NCBI GenBank assembly: GCA_963695555.1
Contig: CAVOGR010000001.1
Coordinates: 64,001-128,000 of the forward strand
Source of the DNA: an uncultured Gemmatimonadales bacterium
Lineage (GTDB): Bacteria; Gemmatimonadota; Gemmatimonadetes; Gemmatimonadales; GWC2-71-9
Direction: 5' to 3'
Length of the DNA: 64,000 nucleotides
Part shown: positions 49,176 through 58,952 of the stretch, piece after piece
How the letters are laid out: each line of letters starts with the position of its first letter
Numbering within the stretch: position 1 is the stretch's first letter
Notes under the pieces: model-generated
Databases searched by the model: none
Seen by the model: only the letters and a program-made list of their open reading frames with translations
What the model was told of the DNA's origin: nothing
Translations under genes and position numbers: made by a program

Positions 49176-49988
49176 CTAGGGCTTGGACGCGCTCCGGGTC
49201 GTGGACTTGGATCCCTCGTAAATGTTGAGGAGCAGGCCGGACGAGTCGGCCTTCAACTGGAGTTTCGAGGAATCGGCGCCACCCTTCGCATCGATGACCA
49301 CGCCCGAGGAATCCGCCCGCATGAAGAATTTGGCGCCGCTCGCTTCGTCCGCAATGTGCAGGACGGCTCCGTCGGAATCGGCCTTGAACTGAAGACCGGC
49401 CTGCTTCAGCGCATCCCACACGTTGATCGTAAGGCCGCCCGAGTCCGCCTTGATCTGGGCGATGGCCTGCGCTAGCTGCTCCATGGCATGCGGTTGAACA
49501 TGCTGGGCGTGTTGGGCGTAGTCATCGTGCTGCCACCGAGCTACTTCTTTGGCTGGGATGAAAAGCGCTCGGACAATGCCGGTTTCTTCGACCGTCACCG
49601 TTCCGAACGAGACGAACTCACCGCTCTGGGCCACCGTCTGGTCCAGACACTCGAACGAGGTCTTCGGATTGAAGTTCCCGATACCGCTGGTTGCCAGGGT
49701 GCAGTCCCGCAGTTTGTCGACCACGGCCCGATCCTCGACCCGGACGTCGAGATCCACGCCACGGACGACCTCGGGCGAGCTACGAAGGAACTGGACCTCA
49801 CGAATGGTGCCTACCTCGCGACCGCCGAGCCTGAAGGGCACGAAGGCAAGCGGGATGCTGATCGGGTCAGCAGATTCCAGGGTGCGTTCGACCATCCGTG
49901 CGCCCTCGCGGCCGGCGCGCATGATCACCAACCCGGAGACGAAGACCGCCAGAACACCGAACGCGATGCCGATCCAGTAACGTCGCAT
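49176..49988 (-). CDS. Hypothetical membrane-anchored protein with ADSxG repeats
   Basis: RBS GAGG; N-terminal TM; four (K/R)ADSxG units. Confidence 0.75.
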   Translation of the reverse strand: MRRYWIGIAFGVLAVFVSGLVIMRAGREGARMVERTLESADPISIPLAFVPFRLGGREVGTIREVQFLRSSPEVVRGVDLDVRVEDRAVVDKLRDCTLATSGIGNFNPKTSFECLDQTVAQSGEFVSFGTVTVEETGIVRALFIPAKEVARWQHDDYAQHAQHVQPHAMEQLAQAIAQIKADSGGLTINVWDALKQAGLQFKADSDGAVLHIADEASGAKFFMRADSSGVVIDAKGGADSSKLQLKADSSGLLLNIYEGSKSTTRSASKP

Positions 49989-50217
49989 GGGAAGACCTCG
50001 GATCATGGGGGCGGTGACCGATTCACCGCTCGTTTCATACCGTAACGAATGTTTGCCCCATATTGTTTCACCCTGGCTCACACCGAGAGGACTGGCAGCC
50101 AAAGCATTGAACTATCGTGACTTGAGTCGTTGCTCGTCGGGAGGCTGACGCATCGAGATCCGCTACCCCGGGGCGCGACGCTAGTTTCATGCGGGTCATT
50201 TGCTTACAGGAGGCTTC

Positions 50218-51228
50218 ATGCACTCGGGATTGGTAGTAGGCCTATCTGCGTTGGCCCTGGCACCGATATCGGGCCAGGCGCAAGAGCGGCCGCCGCTCAG
50301 GCCGGTTTCGACATACTCGATCGTGGCTCGCGACTCGGCCACCGGGGAACTCGGAGTCGCGGTTCAATCCCACTGGTTCTCGGTCGGCCCCCTGGTGCCG
50401 TGGGCCGAGGCCGGCGTCGGCGCGGTGGCGACCCAATCGTTCATCGAGCCTGGGTATGGGCCGTTGGGGCTCGACCTCATGCGCCTCGGGCGGACCGCTC
50501 CCGAGGCTCTCCGTGCGCTGGTATCGACCGATGGCGATTCGATGGTTCGGCAGGTTGCGATGATCGATGCCCAGGGGAGGGTGGCGGCGCACACTGGGAG
50601 CCGGTCCATCCAGGCGGCCGGACACCGGTTGGGCGCCCAGTATTCCGTGCAAGCCAATCTCATGGAACGGCCTACCGTGTGGGACGCGATGGCACGGGCA
50701 TATGAAACGGCGAGTGGCGACCTGGCCGATCGCTTGCTCGCGGCGCTTATCGCTGCCGAGGGCGAAGGTGGCGACATCCGCGGCCGCCAGTCGGCGGCAC
50801 TCCTGGTCGTCCGCGGCCGCGGAACGGGGCGTCCTTGGGTTGACCGCAGATTCGATCTCAGGGTTGAGGACCATCCTGATCCTGTCGGTGAATTGCGTCG
50901 TCTGGTGCAGCTCGCACGCGCCTATGAGCACTTGAACGAGGGTGACGCACACGTCACCCAAAACGACCTCGAGCGGGCCTTGGTGTCCTATGGCAAGGCA
51001 ACAACCCTCGTGCCGGATAGTGCGACCAATGGCGAGGCAGCGTTCTGGACCGGAGTGACGCTGGCAGGGGCAGGGAGGGTGGATGAGGGGGTGGCCTACC
51101 TTACGCGGGCGTATCGGTCAGATGCTCGGTGGGCGGTCCTCCTCCGGCGGCTTCCGGCCGCTGGGCTGCTCCCGGCCGACTCGAGCCTGGTCGAGCGGTT
51201 GGTGCGCGGCATGCGAGGAGGGAACTGA
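50218..51228 (+). CDS. DUF1028 (Ntn-hydrolase-like) protein with TPR tail
   Basis: RBS AGGAGG; signal peptide; TYSIVARD, GAVATQ, GGDIRGRQSAAL and DLRVEDH. Confidence 0.88.
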   Translation: MHSGLVVGLSALALAPISGQAQERPPLRPVSTYSIVARDSATGELGVAVQSHWFSVGPLVPWAEAGVGAVATQSFIEPGYGPLGLDLMRLGRTAPEALRALVSTDGDSMVRQVAMIDAQGRVAAHTGSRSIQAAGHRLGAQYSVQANLMERPTVWDAMARAYETASGDLADRLLAALIAAEGEGGDIRGRQSAALLVVRGRGTGRPWVDRRFDLRVEDHPDPVGELRRLVQLARAYEHLNEGDAHVTQNDLERALVSYGKATTLVPDSATNGEAAFWTGVTLAGAGRVDEGVAYLTRAYRSDARWAVLLRRLPAAGLLPADSSLVERLVRGMRGGN

Positions 51229-51660
51229 CCGGGGTCCTCTAGGTGAAGATTCGGAGGATCCAACGCCAGACCTTTTCGAGCAAGAAACCGAACACGATTT
51301 TCCACACGCGGGACGCTCCTCATTCCTGGACTCGGGACCGGACGAGGGCACCCCGCTACTTGTTTCAACCTGTGACGATTTCGCGCAGGGGAGGGCGCCA
51401 AGACGCCCCTTCGAAGCCCCAATCCATCTACTGCAGAATGACAAATAATCATACACTCTGAAGAGTCCGGGTGACAATTATGTAATATTTGATGGCACAA
51501 CAGATTGTACTAGATTGTGGGAGGGAACTCGGCTCACAGTACGTCTATTTTTTAGGACTACTGAACCGAGTCTACCTGCCAAATGGCTGGCGCTCCTGCT
51601 GGAGTCGGTGGGAGGGAGGAACCAGCCATTGCTTGGCCCACTGGGATTCGCGAGGCGAGC

Positions 51661-52314
51661 ATGGTCGTCCCCAGCCAGATGTCGACCCGCCAATTCCCGC
51701 CGTCGCTCAGGCTCAGGCTTCGCATGGCGCACGCCTCGGCTTGGGAGTCCCTCATCGCGACGCACACCGCCCAGGCCATGCAGTTCATTCACGAGTTCGC
51801 GCCGCGACTGCCGGTGCTCGGTGCCCTCGATCTGTACTTCCGGGTCGTCGCCGTGCCAGGCTCGATGGAAGAGGTGGTGCGGAACCGCGCCTTGAGTGGG
51901 ATCGAGTTGGCGTGGTTGCCGCCGCGCATCCGGGGCCCGGGCACTAGGCCACGGCCGTGGTCCCGGCTCGACCTGCTCCTCAAGCACGTGCGCTTCCGAC
52001 ATCGCATTCAGGCGGAGACGCTCGAACTCGCGCGACTGGCCGGAGCGCGCGCCGCGGACGAAGTGCTGGACACCCACGTGACTAATGTCTTGAACCTTAC
52101 ACAGCTCTTGTCCGGCCACCTGTCGCTCGAGCGCACGGTGGTCCACTACACGCGGGAGTTCGACGTGTCGGCGCCCGTTGCGGCCTGGGTCAAGCAGCGG
52201 GTGCAGGCGGAACTTGCTTCGGAGCGTCTCGCCGAACGATCCAACAAAGCCAGTGCTCCGCCCACCCAGATCGCTGGTCTGGTGGTTGGGTACCCTGCTC
52301 CGGACGGGGGCTAG
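51661..52314 (+). CDS. Hypothetical helical protein
   Basis: Long ORF with plausible composition after an AT-rich promoter region; start uncertain. Confidence 0.7.
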   Translation: MVVPSQMSTRQFPPSLRLRLRMAHASAWESLIATHTAQAMQFIHEFAPRLPVLGALDLYFRVVAVPGSMEEVVRNRALSGIELAWLPPRIRGPGTRPRPWSRLDLLLKHVRFRHRIQAETLELARLAGARAADEVLDTHVTNVLNLTQLLSGHLSLERTVVHYTREFDVSAPVAAWVKQRVQAELASERLAERSNKASAPPTQIAGLVVGYPAPDGG

Positions 52315-52334
52315 GCAATCGGTGGCAGCTGCGA

Positions 52335-52865
52335 TCAGCCCTGGTTACGTGCCGCGGCACGGCTCAGGAGTTCGCGAGTAAAGCGATCTCGTTCGTCCGG
52401 GGTCACCACAATCGTCCCATCGGTCGTCGTGATGACCACGGCCCCGCGGGCCTTGGTGCCGTACATCGTGTAGTTGCCCAAGGTCCGGCTGTTGAACGCA
52501 CCCCAGATGCCGAAGAAGCCGCTATTGCCACCGGGGGGCCGTTTGAACGAGGTCCCGAGCCACGCCTCGCTCGATTGGACGGTGCGCACGACGGCATAGG
52601 GAAACTCCACGGCCCCGATAGGCCGTTCGATTCGGAGGCCGTCATCGGTCAGAACGATTGCGATCGGAGTGTAGATGTATGCCACCGCAGCTATGGCAAC
52701 GCAGACGGTGATGACGAGGAGAAGTGCCAGCGCGCTGATTCCCCTGGGCGCCGTGGCAAACGCCAGCCAGATGCTCACAGCCAGCAGTGCAAATAGGATG
52801 AGAATGATGCCGGTCATGATCGTCACGAACCAGTCCTGCGACATCCGGTACGATGACATGAGCAT
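52335..52865 (-). CDS. Membrane protein with bacterial PH domain
   Basis: 2 TM helices, then LRIERPIG...GNSGFFGIWG.F....LG...MY...VVTPD. Confidence 0.8.
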   Translation of the reverse strand: MLMSSYRMSQDWFVTIMTGIILILFALLAVSIWLAFATAPRGISALALLLVITVCVAIAAVAYIYTPIAIVLTDDGLRIERPIGAVEFPYAVVRTVQSSEAWLGTSFKRPPGGNSGFFGIWGAFNSRTLGNYTMYGTKARGAVVITTTDGTIVVTPDERDRFTRELLSRAAARNQG

Positions 52866-52967
52866 TCCGCGCGCCGGGAGGGCCAATCGAATTTCGAATC
52901 GGAAGGCAAGGTAACACCGGGGGCCAAACGGCAGGGAATTCCCCGCCGTTCGGGTGGTCATCTTCCG

Positions 52968-53001
52968 TTGAGAAAGGGGCACACTTGAGAAAGGGGCACA
53001 C
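52968..53001. repeat. Perfect 17-bp tandem duplication
   Basis: TTGAGAAAGGGGCACAC x2. Confidence 0.9.
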
Positions 53002-53082
53002 TGGGTGATTGGCTGAGGCCGTGTGCGAGCAGTCCGGTCCCGGACGTCACCAGCCATCGAGGAGCCGCCTTTGATGATATCG

Positions 53083-53637
53083 ATGAAATGGGTTGTGGTT
53101 CCGCTCTGCATGACGGCGGCCGCGTGCCTCACCGACGGTGGAGCAGGCCGCGGGGCGCAGGTGTCCGGCGAGCTGGACCACGCGGACAACGCTCGCGATC
53201 TGACCCTGCCGACGGGTGACGCCGAGGTTCTGTCGGTCTCAGCGATGGAACTCGGTCGGCTCGAGGTGAATGAGGCGCCGGTTCGTTCTGGGACGGCGGG
53301 AGAGAAGCCGGTGGTTTCCGTATCCGAGCGGGTAGCGTATACCCTCCGGCCGGCTGCGGCCGCTTTGCCGGAGGCTCTGACGGTTGAGCTCTCGCCACTC
53401 CACGAAACTCCGATCTCCGCGGCGGTTCGAGTCGCGGCACTGCCCCGTGGGAGGACCGTTGGCGCCCCGACGCCTGAGCCAATCGTGTTGAGCAGGCCAG
53501 GGCATGTTAGCCTCGACGAGCCCTATGAATTCGCGGGGCTGGCTCGGGCGTACACGCCCGAAGAGGCTCGCGGGATCGGGATTCGCCGGCGAGGTGGTTC
53601 ATGTGGACCCACCCGTGGCCTCTGGGCAGGACAATAG
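53083..53637 (+). CDS. Hypothetical lipoprotein, low complexity
   Basis: MKWVVVPLCMTAAAC; C-terminal IRRRGGSCGP; followed by a terminator. Confidence 0.55.
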   Translation: MKWVVVPLCMTAAACLTDGGAGRGAQVSGELDHADNARDLTLPTGDAEVLSVSAMELGRLEVNEAPVRSGTAGEKPVVSVSERVAYTLRPAAAALPEALTVELSPLHETPISAAVRVAALPRGRTVGAPTPEPIVLSRPGHVSLDEPYEFAGLARAYTPEEARGIGIRRRGGSCGPTRGLWAGQ

Positions 53638-53673
53638 AATGCCTCGGTTCTGATACCCCTCGTTGCCGAGGCT

Positions 53674-53714
53674 GAACATCCGCGGTCCGACGTCGGGTCG
53701 CGGATGTTCCTTTT
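53674..53714 (+). terminator. Intrinsic terminator
   Basis: GAACATCCGCG...CGCGGATGTTC followed by CTTTT. Confidence 0.75.
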
Positions 53715-53720
53715 GGTGGG

Positions 53721-54767
53721 TCAGGCCGAGGCTTGGATCAACTGGAGCACCGCTTCTTCGTCGGCACGGAGCTCATGGGCCCGCCGCGACAACCGCGGGG
53801 TCGTGGATGGAGGTGACGGCGGGATGACTTGCCCGGCCAAGTACTGCTCCAAGATTACCGGATGCACATAGTACTTGCGGCAGACCGCCCGCGTGTTGCC
53901 GAGGAGCTTGGCCACCCCATCGATGACCTTGACGATGTTGGATTTTCCCTCCCGGAGGGTAGCGGCCGGTCCGACGTCCCGGAGTGCGCGAGCGGCAAGC
54001 ATGGTTCCGGCCCAGGTTCGAAAGTCTTTGGCGCTCAGTTCTTCGCCGCCTGAGGCACGCTGCAAGTACTCGTTGATGTCGCCGGAGTCTACCGTCACGC
54101 GGCGGCCGTCCTCACCGAGATACTGAAACAGCTCTTCTCCCGGAATCGTTTGGCAGCGCTGGACGATCCGGGCGATCCGCTTATCGGTAATGGACGCGGC
54201 GTGTCGGACACCGCTCTTGCCGCGAAACTCAAAGCGGACCTCCGACCCGGTTACATCCACGTGGCGTCGCCGGAGTGTCGTCAGGCCGAACGACTTGTTG
54301 TTGCGGGCGTATTGGTCGTTGCCGACGCGGAACAGGGTGCGCTCCAGCAGCCACACGACCGTTGCCAGGACCTTCTCGCGCGGCAAGCCGTCGCGCCGAA
54401 TGTCCCGCTCCACGTGCCGGCGAATGCGAGGGAGATGGCGGCTGAACTCCAGCATCCGGTTGAACTTGGTTTCGTCCTGCATCGCCCGGTATCGGCGGTG
54501 GTAGCGGTACTGCTTTCGGCCCTTCGCGTCGCGAGCGGTGGCTTGAATGTGGCCGTCCTCGGTGGCGCAGATCCACACGTCGGTCCAGGCGGGCGGCAAG
54601 GCCAGCGAGCGGATCCGTTCGAGCGTCGCCGCGTCGCGGATGAGCACGCCCTCTGGGCTCCGGTACCGGAACCCCTCGTCCGCCCCCTGGCGCCGGATGC
54701 CGGGCTCGGAATCCGTGATGTATCTGAGCCCGACCGCCTTGGCTGACTGGATCTTCGCTTGGGGCAT
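53721..54767 (-). CDS. Bacterial DNA topoisomerase IB
   Basis: PPAWTDVWI, KGRKQYRYH, RVGN, FRGKSG, KDFRT and LGNT.AVCRKYYVHP. Confidence 0.95.
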   Translation of the reverse strand: MPQAKIQSAKAVGLRYITDSEPGIRRQGADEGFRYRSPEGVLIRDAATLERIRSLALPPAWTDVWICATEDGHIQATARDAKGRKQYRYHRRYRAMQDETKFNRMLEFSRHLPRIRRHVERDIRRDGLPREKVLATVVWLLERTLFRVGNDQYARNNKSFGLTTLRRRHVDVTGSEVRFEFRGKSGVRHAASITDKRIARIVQRCQTIPGEELFQYLGEDGRRVTVDSGDINEYLQRASGGEELSAKDFRTWAGTMLAARALRDVGPAATLREGKSNIVKVIDGVAKLLGNTRAVCRKYYVHPVILEQYLAGQVIPPSPPSTTPRLSRRAHELRADEEAVLQLIQASA

Positions 54768-54909
54768 CGTCGAACCGGTCTCCCTCGGTGACGGGGTGTC
54801 CTTGAGTATGAGCCCTGGACCGCATCCGCAAGAATCACTCCCGTCCTTGCCCCGGTGCTCCTCCGGGTCTTGCAGGCCGCGGTGGTCTGGTCAGTTGTCC
54901 AGATCAGAT

Positions 54910-55041
54910 GGTCAAGAAAATGACCGGTTCTGCAAATTGACGTAGGTCATCTAAGACATTGTTTTACAGCTTTTTAGATATCTACTACCCGGATTGTGGT
55001 GGTTATCTTTAAGGCACCTTCATTCCGGCATAATTGGTGCA
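54910..55041 (+). promoter_or_regulatory. Putative sigma54 promoter with enhancer palindrome and IHF-like site
   Basis: GGTCA-N6-TGACC at 54910-54925; AAACAA-N4-TTA on the minus strand at 54952-54964; CGGCATAATTGGTGCA (GG-N10-GC) at 55026-55041. Confidence 0.55.
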
Positions 55042-55140
55042 GGGCACTGCATGGAGGATCGCGGCTGGGCGATCGATGGTAAGTCGTTGTCCGACAAACT
55101 TTTAACAATCACGTAGCGCACGACTGACGAGGCGGGTCCT

Positions 55141-56799
55141 ATGTACCGCATAATGCTGGAATCCGGCGAAGAAACCGTCTTGGAGAACGTCGAGGACCTG
55201 CTCTACGCCATCGGGAGCGGGGTGGTGAGCAACGCGGCGCAGATCTATCACGCCCAGGCCGAGAAATGGCTCCCGATCACGGTCCATCCGGACTACAAGC
55301 GGGCTACTCAGATCATCGGGGGCCAGTCGGCTCACCCGTCGGCCCGCAAGCGGACGTCGGACACCACACGTCGAACCCGGTGGGCCCGCGAATCGAAGCC
55401 GGATCGGCTCACGCCGCCGCCGTCCCTTCCGCCAGAGCTTCCGGCTCAGAGTCCGAAGCCGAGTTGGCGGCGCCCTCGTAGTAAGTCGCTCGATGGCCTG
55501 CCGCTCTTGGAGCCGGCCGACTCCTCGGACGAGTCGGCCGATCTCGACTTCGCGTTGGGACCCGAGCCACTGCCGCTCGAATCTGAACGTCGCGCCAGCA
55601 CGCCTGTCTCTCCCGCCGATCCGACGCCGGTGCAAGCCGACGCGGAGACTGCCGCCAACGGGGGCACGCCACCCGTGCCTCTGTCTCCGGCGCCAATCGA
55701 GGCACTCTTACAGACGGCCACGGGCGACTTCGACCTGCCGGCGGCGAGCGCGCCGCCGGATTCCGGCGAGGTAGTTACCGGCGAGGCCGAGGAGTGGTTG
55801 CCGGACCTCGAGTTCCCAGACATGGTCTCACCGACCCCGATACGCGGCCGGAGCGCGGTGCGTGCCGATCGGTCGCGCGGATTGGGCCGGAAGGTGGTCG
55901 GCGCCGCGGGTTTACTTGGGATCGTTGTGGTCGGCTGGTTGGGGCTCAGCTTGCTCGGCGGCAAGACCGGTGGTGCCGAGGATGCCGGCCAGAGCTCCAC
56001 AAGTTCACCGCCGGCCGATTCGGCCATGGCGCCAGCCGCGGCCAACCCGACGGGTGGGAACCAAGCGGTCTTGCCGGCCACGACTCGTGCGGTGGCAGGC
56101 GGCAGTGCCGCAGCAACTCGACCGAGCCGGAACGCCAGCTCTTCCGAAACCGCCTACGTGGCCGCCTACGCTGGCGCCAAAGCGCAGTTCGACTCGGTGA
56201 TGTCGGGCGTGGACTTCAATGGCATGTTCGACGCGCCGCGACTGCAGACCGAGTCGGGGCTACTGACGGCGCTCAGCCAGATTCGGGCGACCATGAATGC
56301 GGTGCAGTTGTACCGCAGCCGCGAAATGGCGATTGAGGCAGCCCATCCTGGGGTCGAGGTCTCCGAACGGGAGCGTGCCGACGTTGCCGGTACGGTCGAT
56401 TCGCTGCTGTCGGCGATGGATGCCACCTACGGCTTGCTGCTGAGCCAATACGGGCGCTATCGGCTGGCCGACGGCACCTTGCTCTTCTCGAACCCAGCGG
56501 CGGAACAGGAGTATGTGGATCTGACCCGGCGGATTGGGCGACACGGTCGGATCTTGCAACGGCTGAACCGCGAGCGGCCAACGCTGACGGGCACACGGAT
56601 CGCGCAGGGGATGTCCGGTCCGAGCCTCCCGCGGCTGGGCACCGTAATCGAGGCACCGACCCTGAAGAAGCTCCCGAGCGTCAATGTCCAGATCGAAGGG
56701 CCGCAGTGGGACTCCATCGACGCCGAGCGGCGCGCTCGGCTGACGGACTCGATCATCAAGGCGGGAATGGAGCGTCCCCCACAGGCGCCAACACCCTAG
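55141..56799 (+). CDS. Hypothetical single-pass membrane protein
   Basis: Short N-terminal domain (IYHAQAEKWLPITVHP), Pro-rich linker, TM, then helical extracytoplasmic domain. Confidence 0.75.
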   Translation: MYRIMLESGEETVLENVEDLLYAIGSGVVSNAAQIYHAQAEKWLPITVHPDYKRATQIIGGQSAHPSARKRTSDTTRRTRWARESKPDRLTPPPSLPPELPAQSPKPSWRRPRSKSLDGLPLLEPADSSDESADLDFALGPEPLPLESERRASTPVSPADPTPVQADAETAANGGTPPVPLSPAPIEALLQTATGDFDLPAASAPPDSGEVVTGEAEEWLPDLEFPDMVSPTPIRGRSAVRADRSRGLGRKVVGAAGLLGIVVVGWLGLSLLGGKTGGAEDAGQSSTSSPPADSAMAPAAANPTGGNQAVLPATTRAVAGGSAAATRPSRNASSSETAYVAAYAGAKAQFDSVMSGVDFNGMFDAPRLQTESGLLTALSQIRATMNAVQLYRSREMAIEAAHPGVEVSERERADVAGTVDSLLSAMDATYGLLLSQYGRYRLADGTLLFSNPAAEQEYVDLTRRIGRHGRILQRLNRERPTLTGTRIAQGMSGPSLPRLGTVIEAPTLKKLPSVNVQIEGPQWDSIDAERRARLTDSIIKAGMERPPQAPTP

Positions 56800-56818
56800 C
56801 CCGTCTCCGAATTCGGTC

Positions 56819-57763
56819 TTAGTGGCTCTCTGCGGGTGCCGGGCCGCCACGGAGATGGACGGTCCGTTGGGGGAATGGAATCTCGATGCCCTCTAAGTCG
56901 AACCGGTTCTTGATGCGCCGGTTGAGTTCTCGCTTGACTTCCCATTGCCTGCCGGGTTTGGTGTCGACGACCACCCGCACATTGACCGCACTGTCCGCCA
57001 GCCCCTGCACGCCTTGCACGACCGGATCGGCGGTGAGGTCATCGGCCCATTCCTCGTCCTTCGTGAACTCGCGGCCGACATCGGCAAGCACGGCGATCAC
57101 TTCGTCAACCCGCTCCCCATAGCCGACCCCGACGTCGAGGACCACACGCGACCATCCGCGGGTCTTGTTGCTGACCATGGCGATCTGGCCGTTGGGGATG
57201 ATGTGGAGGACTCCCTCCACGTCACGGAGGGCGACGATTCGGAGGGTCATTCGCTCGACGACGCCGCTGGTTCCCCCGACTTCGATGATGTCGCCAACCC
57301 CGAATTGATTTTCCACGAGAATGAAGAACCCGCTGATCATGTCCCGCACCAGACTCTGCGCACCGAACGAGAGAGCGAGCCCGAAGACCCCGACGCCGGC
57401 GAGGAGCGGGCCGATGGGAAAGAACAAATTGAGGACGAGCAGTACCGCCGTTGCGATGATGCCGATGCGGGCTACGCTGTAGGCCAGCCCGGCTACGGTG
57501 CGGGCCCGCCTGGCGTCCTCGTAGGAATGCTCGCCCGTTCCCTCCTCTTCCTCCGACAAATGCCGCTCGAGGCGATGCATGAGGCCCTTGGAGACGCGGA
57601 GGGCGGCGAAGGCGAGCAGCAGGATGATCCCGGCGCGGAGCAGCTGCCTCACGAGCCATGCGACATCGACATCGAAGAGGTTGGCGATGCCAGAAAACAC
57701 GCTTCCCGCCCCGGTGCTGAGCGCGGCGGTCGAGTCCTGAAGCACGGAGAGCAACATCATCAT
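56819..57763 (-). CDS. mscS: MscS-family channel (YbiO-like)
   Basis: FGAQSLVRDMISG, FGVGD, IPNGQI and GIEIPFPQ. Confidence 0.92.
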   Translation of the reverse strand: MMMLLSVLQDSTAALSTGAGSVFSGIANLFDVDVAWLVRQLLRAGIILLLAFAALRVSKGLMHRLERHLSEEEEGTGEHSYEDARRARTVAGLAYSVARIGIIATAVLLVLNLFFPIGPLLAGVGVFGLALSFGAQSLVRDMISGFFILVENQFGVGDIIEVGGTSGVVERMTLRIVALRDVEGVLHIIPNGQIAMVSNKTRGWSRVVLDVGVGYGERVDEVIAVLADVGREFTKDEEWADDLTADPVVQGVQGLADSAVNVRVVVDTKPGRQWEVKRELNRRIKNRFDLEGIEIPFPQRTVHLRGGPAPAESH

Positions 57764-57806
57764 CGATGGATACCGGCTGAAGTAGGTGTGAAGGCGCTCG
57801 AGGCTC

Positions 57807-58904
57807 CTACGGCTCTGGCGGTCGGCTCAAGGAGCCATCCCCGAGCCAGCCCTTCCGGCGAAAATAGCTCAGCAGCGCAATCCCCACGGCCGCCATACCA
57901 GCCATCACGAGCGGATAGCCGAGGCTCCACTCGAGCTCCGGCATCCGGCGGAAGTTCATTCCATAGACGCCCGCAACGAACGTCAACGGGATAAAGATCG
58001 TCGCCATGATGGTCAGGACCCGCATGATGTCGTTCATCCGCATGTTCACGGTCGAGATGAACAACTCGGTGAGATCCGAGCTCCACTCACGGTACGATTC
58101 CACCAAGTCCAAAATACGCACGGCGTGGTCGCTGCAGTCGCGGAAATAGACCACCGAGTGCTCGGAGATGAGCGGCGAGGGCTCGCGCTGCAGCGTACTC
58201 AGGAAATCACGGACCGGCCAGATCGCTCGCCGCAGCCGCCGCAGCTCACGTTTGGTGGTTTGGACGTCGCCCAAGGCGTCGGTGGTCGGCCGATTGCCGA
58301 TGTCCTGCTCGATGCTGTCGAGGAGATCCCCGTACGATTCGAGGACCGGGAAATAGCCGTCGATCACCGCGTCGATCAAGGAGTACGCGAGATAATCCGC
58401 TTCCCGGTTGCGGATTTGGCCGCGTTTCTCACGCAGCCGCTTGCGAATCGTGTCAAAGCTGTCTCCCGGGTACTCCTGGAAGGTCACGACGAAATCCTTA
58501 CCTAGGAACAGGCTTATCTGTTCCGTTTCCAGCCGCTCGTGATACTCGGCCATGAGCAGAATGACGTACAGGTGATCGTCATAATCTTCGAGCTTCGGCC
58601 GCTGCCGGGTGTGGAGCACGTCTTCGAGGGCAAGCGGGTGGAGTCGGAACAGCTCCCCGATGGACTGCACCGTCTCGGCACTCCCCAACCCGTCGACATT
58701 CACCCACAAGACCGGATGACGCCCTGCCAACTGGTGGACTCGTTCGGGCGTCGTGAACTCCTCCTCGACCAGATCGTCCGGGCCGAAGGCCATGACCCGG
58801 ATCGTGGGCGCGGCGGCGTCGGGATGTGCGACGAGGGTGCCGGGTGGACTGCCCGGGACGCGCAACGATGTGGCCGAGGTCGATCTGGAAGGGCGGCGAG
58901 GCAT
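57807..58904 (-). CDS. corA: Magnesium/cobalt transporter CorA
   Basis: HPLALED, QRPK, GVYGMNF and MPEL. Confidence 0.95.
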   Translation of the reverse strand: MPRRPSRSTSATSLRVPGSPPGTLVAHPDAAAPTIRVMAFGPDDLVEEEFTTPERVHQLAGRHPVLWVNVDGLGSAETVQSIGELFRLHPLALEDVLHTRQRPKLEDYDDHLYVILLMAEYHERLETEQISLFLGKDFVVTFQEYPGDSFDTIRKRLREKRGQIRNREADYLAYSLIDAVIDGYFPVLESYGDLLDSIEQDIGNRPTTDALGDVQTTKRELRRLRRAIWPVRDFLSTLQREPSPLISEHSVVYFRDCSDHAVRILDLVESYREWSSDLTELFISTVNMRMNDIMRVLTIMATIFIPLTFVAGVYGMNFRRMPELEWSLGYPLVMAGMAAVGIALLSYFRRKGWLGDGSLSRPPEP

Positions 58905-58952
58905 CGGTGAATCCTAACCAGTTGGTCCCATCTCAGCATAGCAGGGAACGGA

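Noticed and set aside
51492..51510. TGGCACAACAGATTGT as a sigma54 promoter
   Set aside because: GG-N10-GC spacing is not met (off by one, and GT instead of GC)
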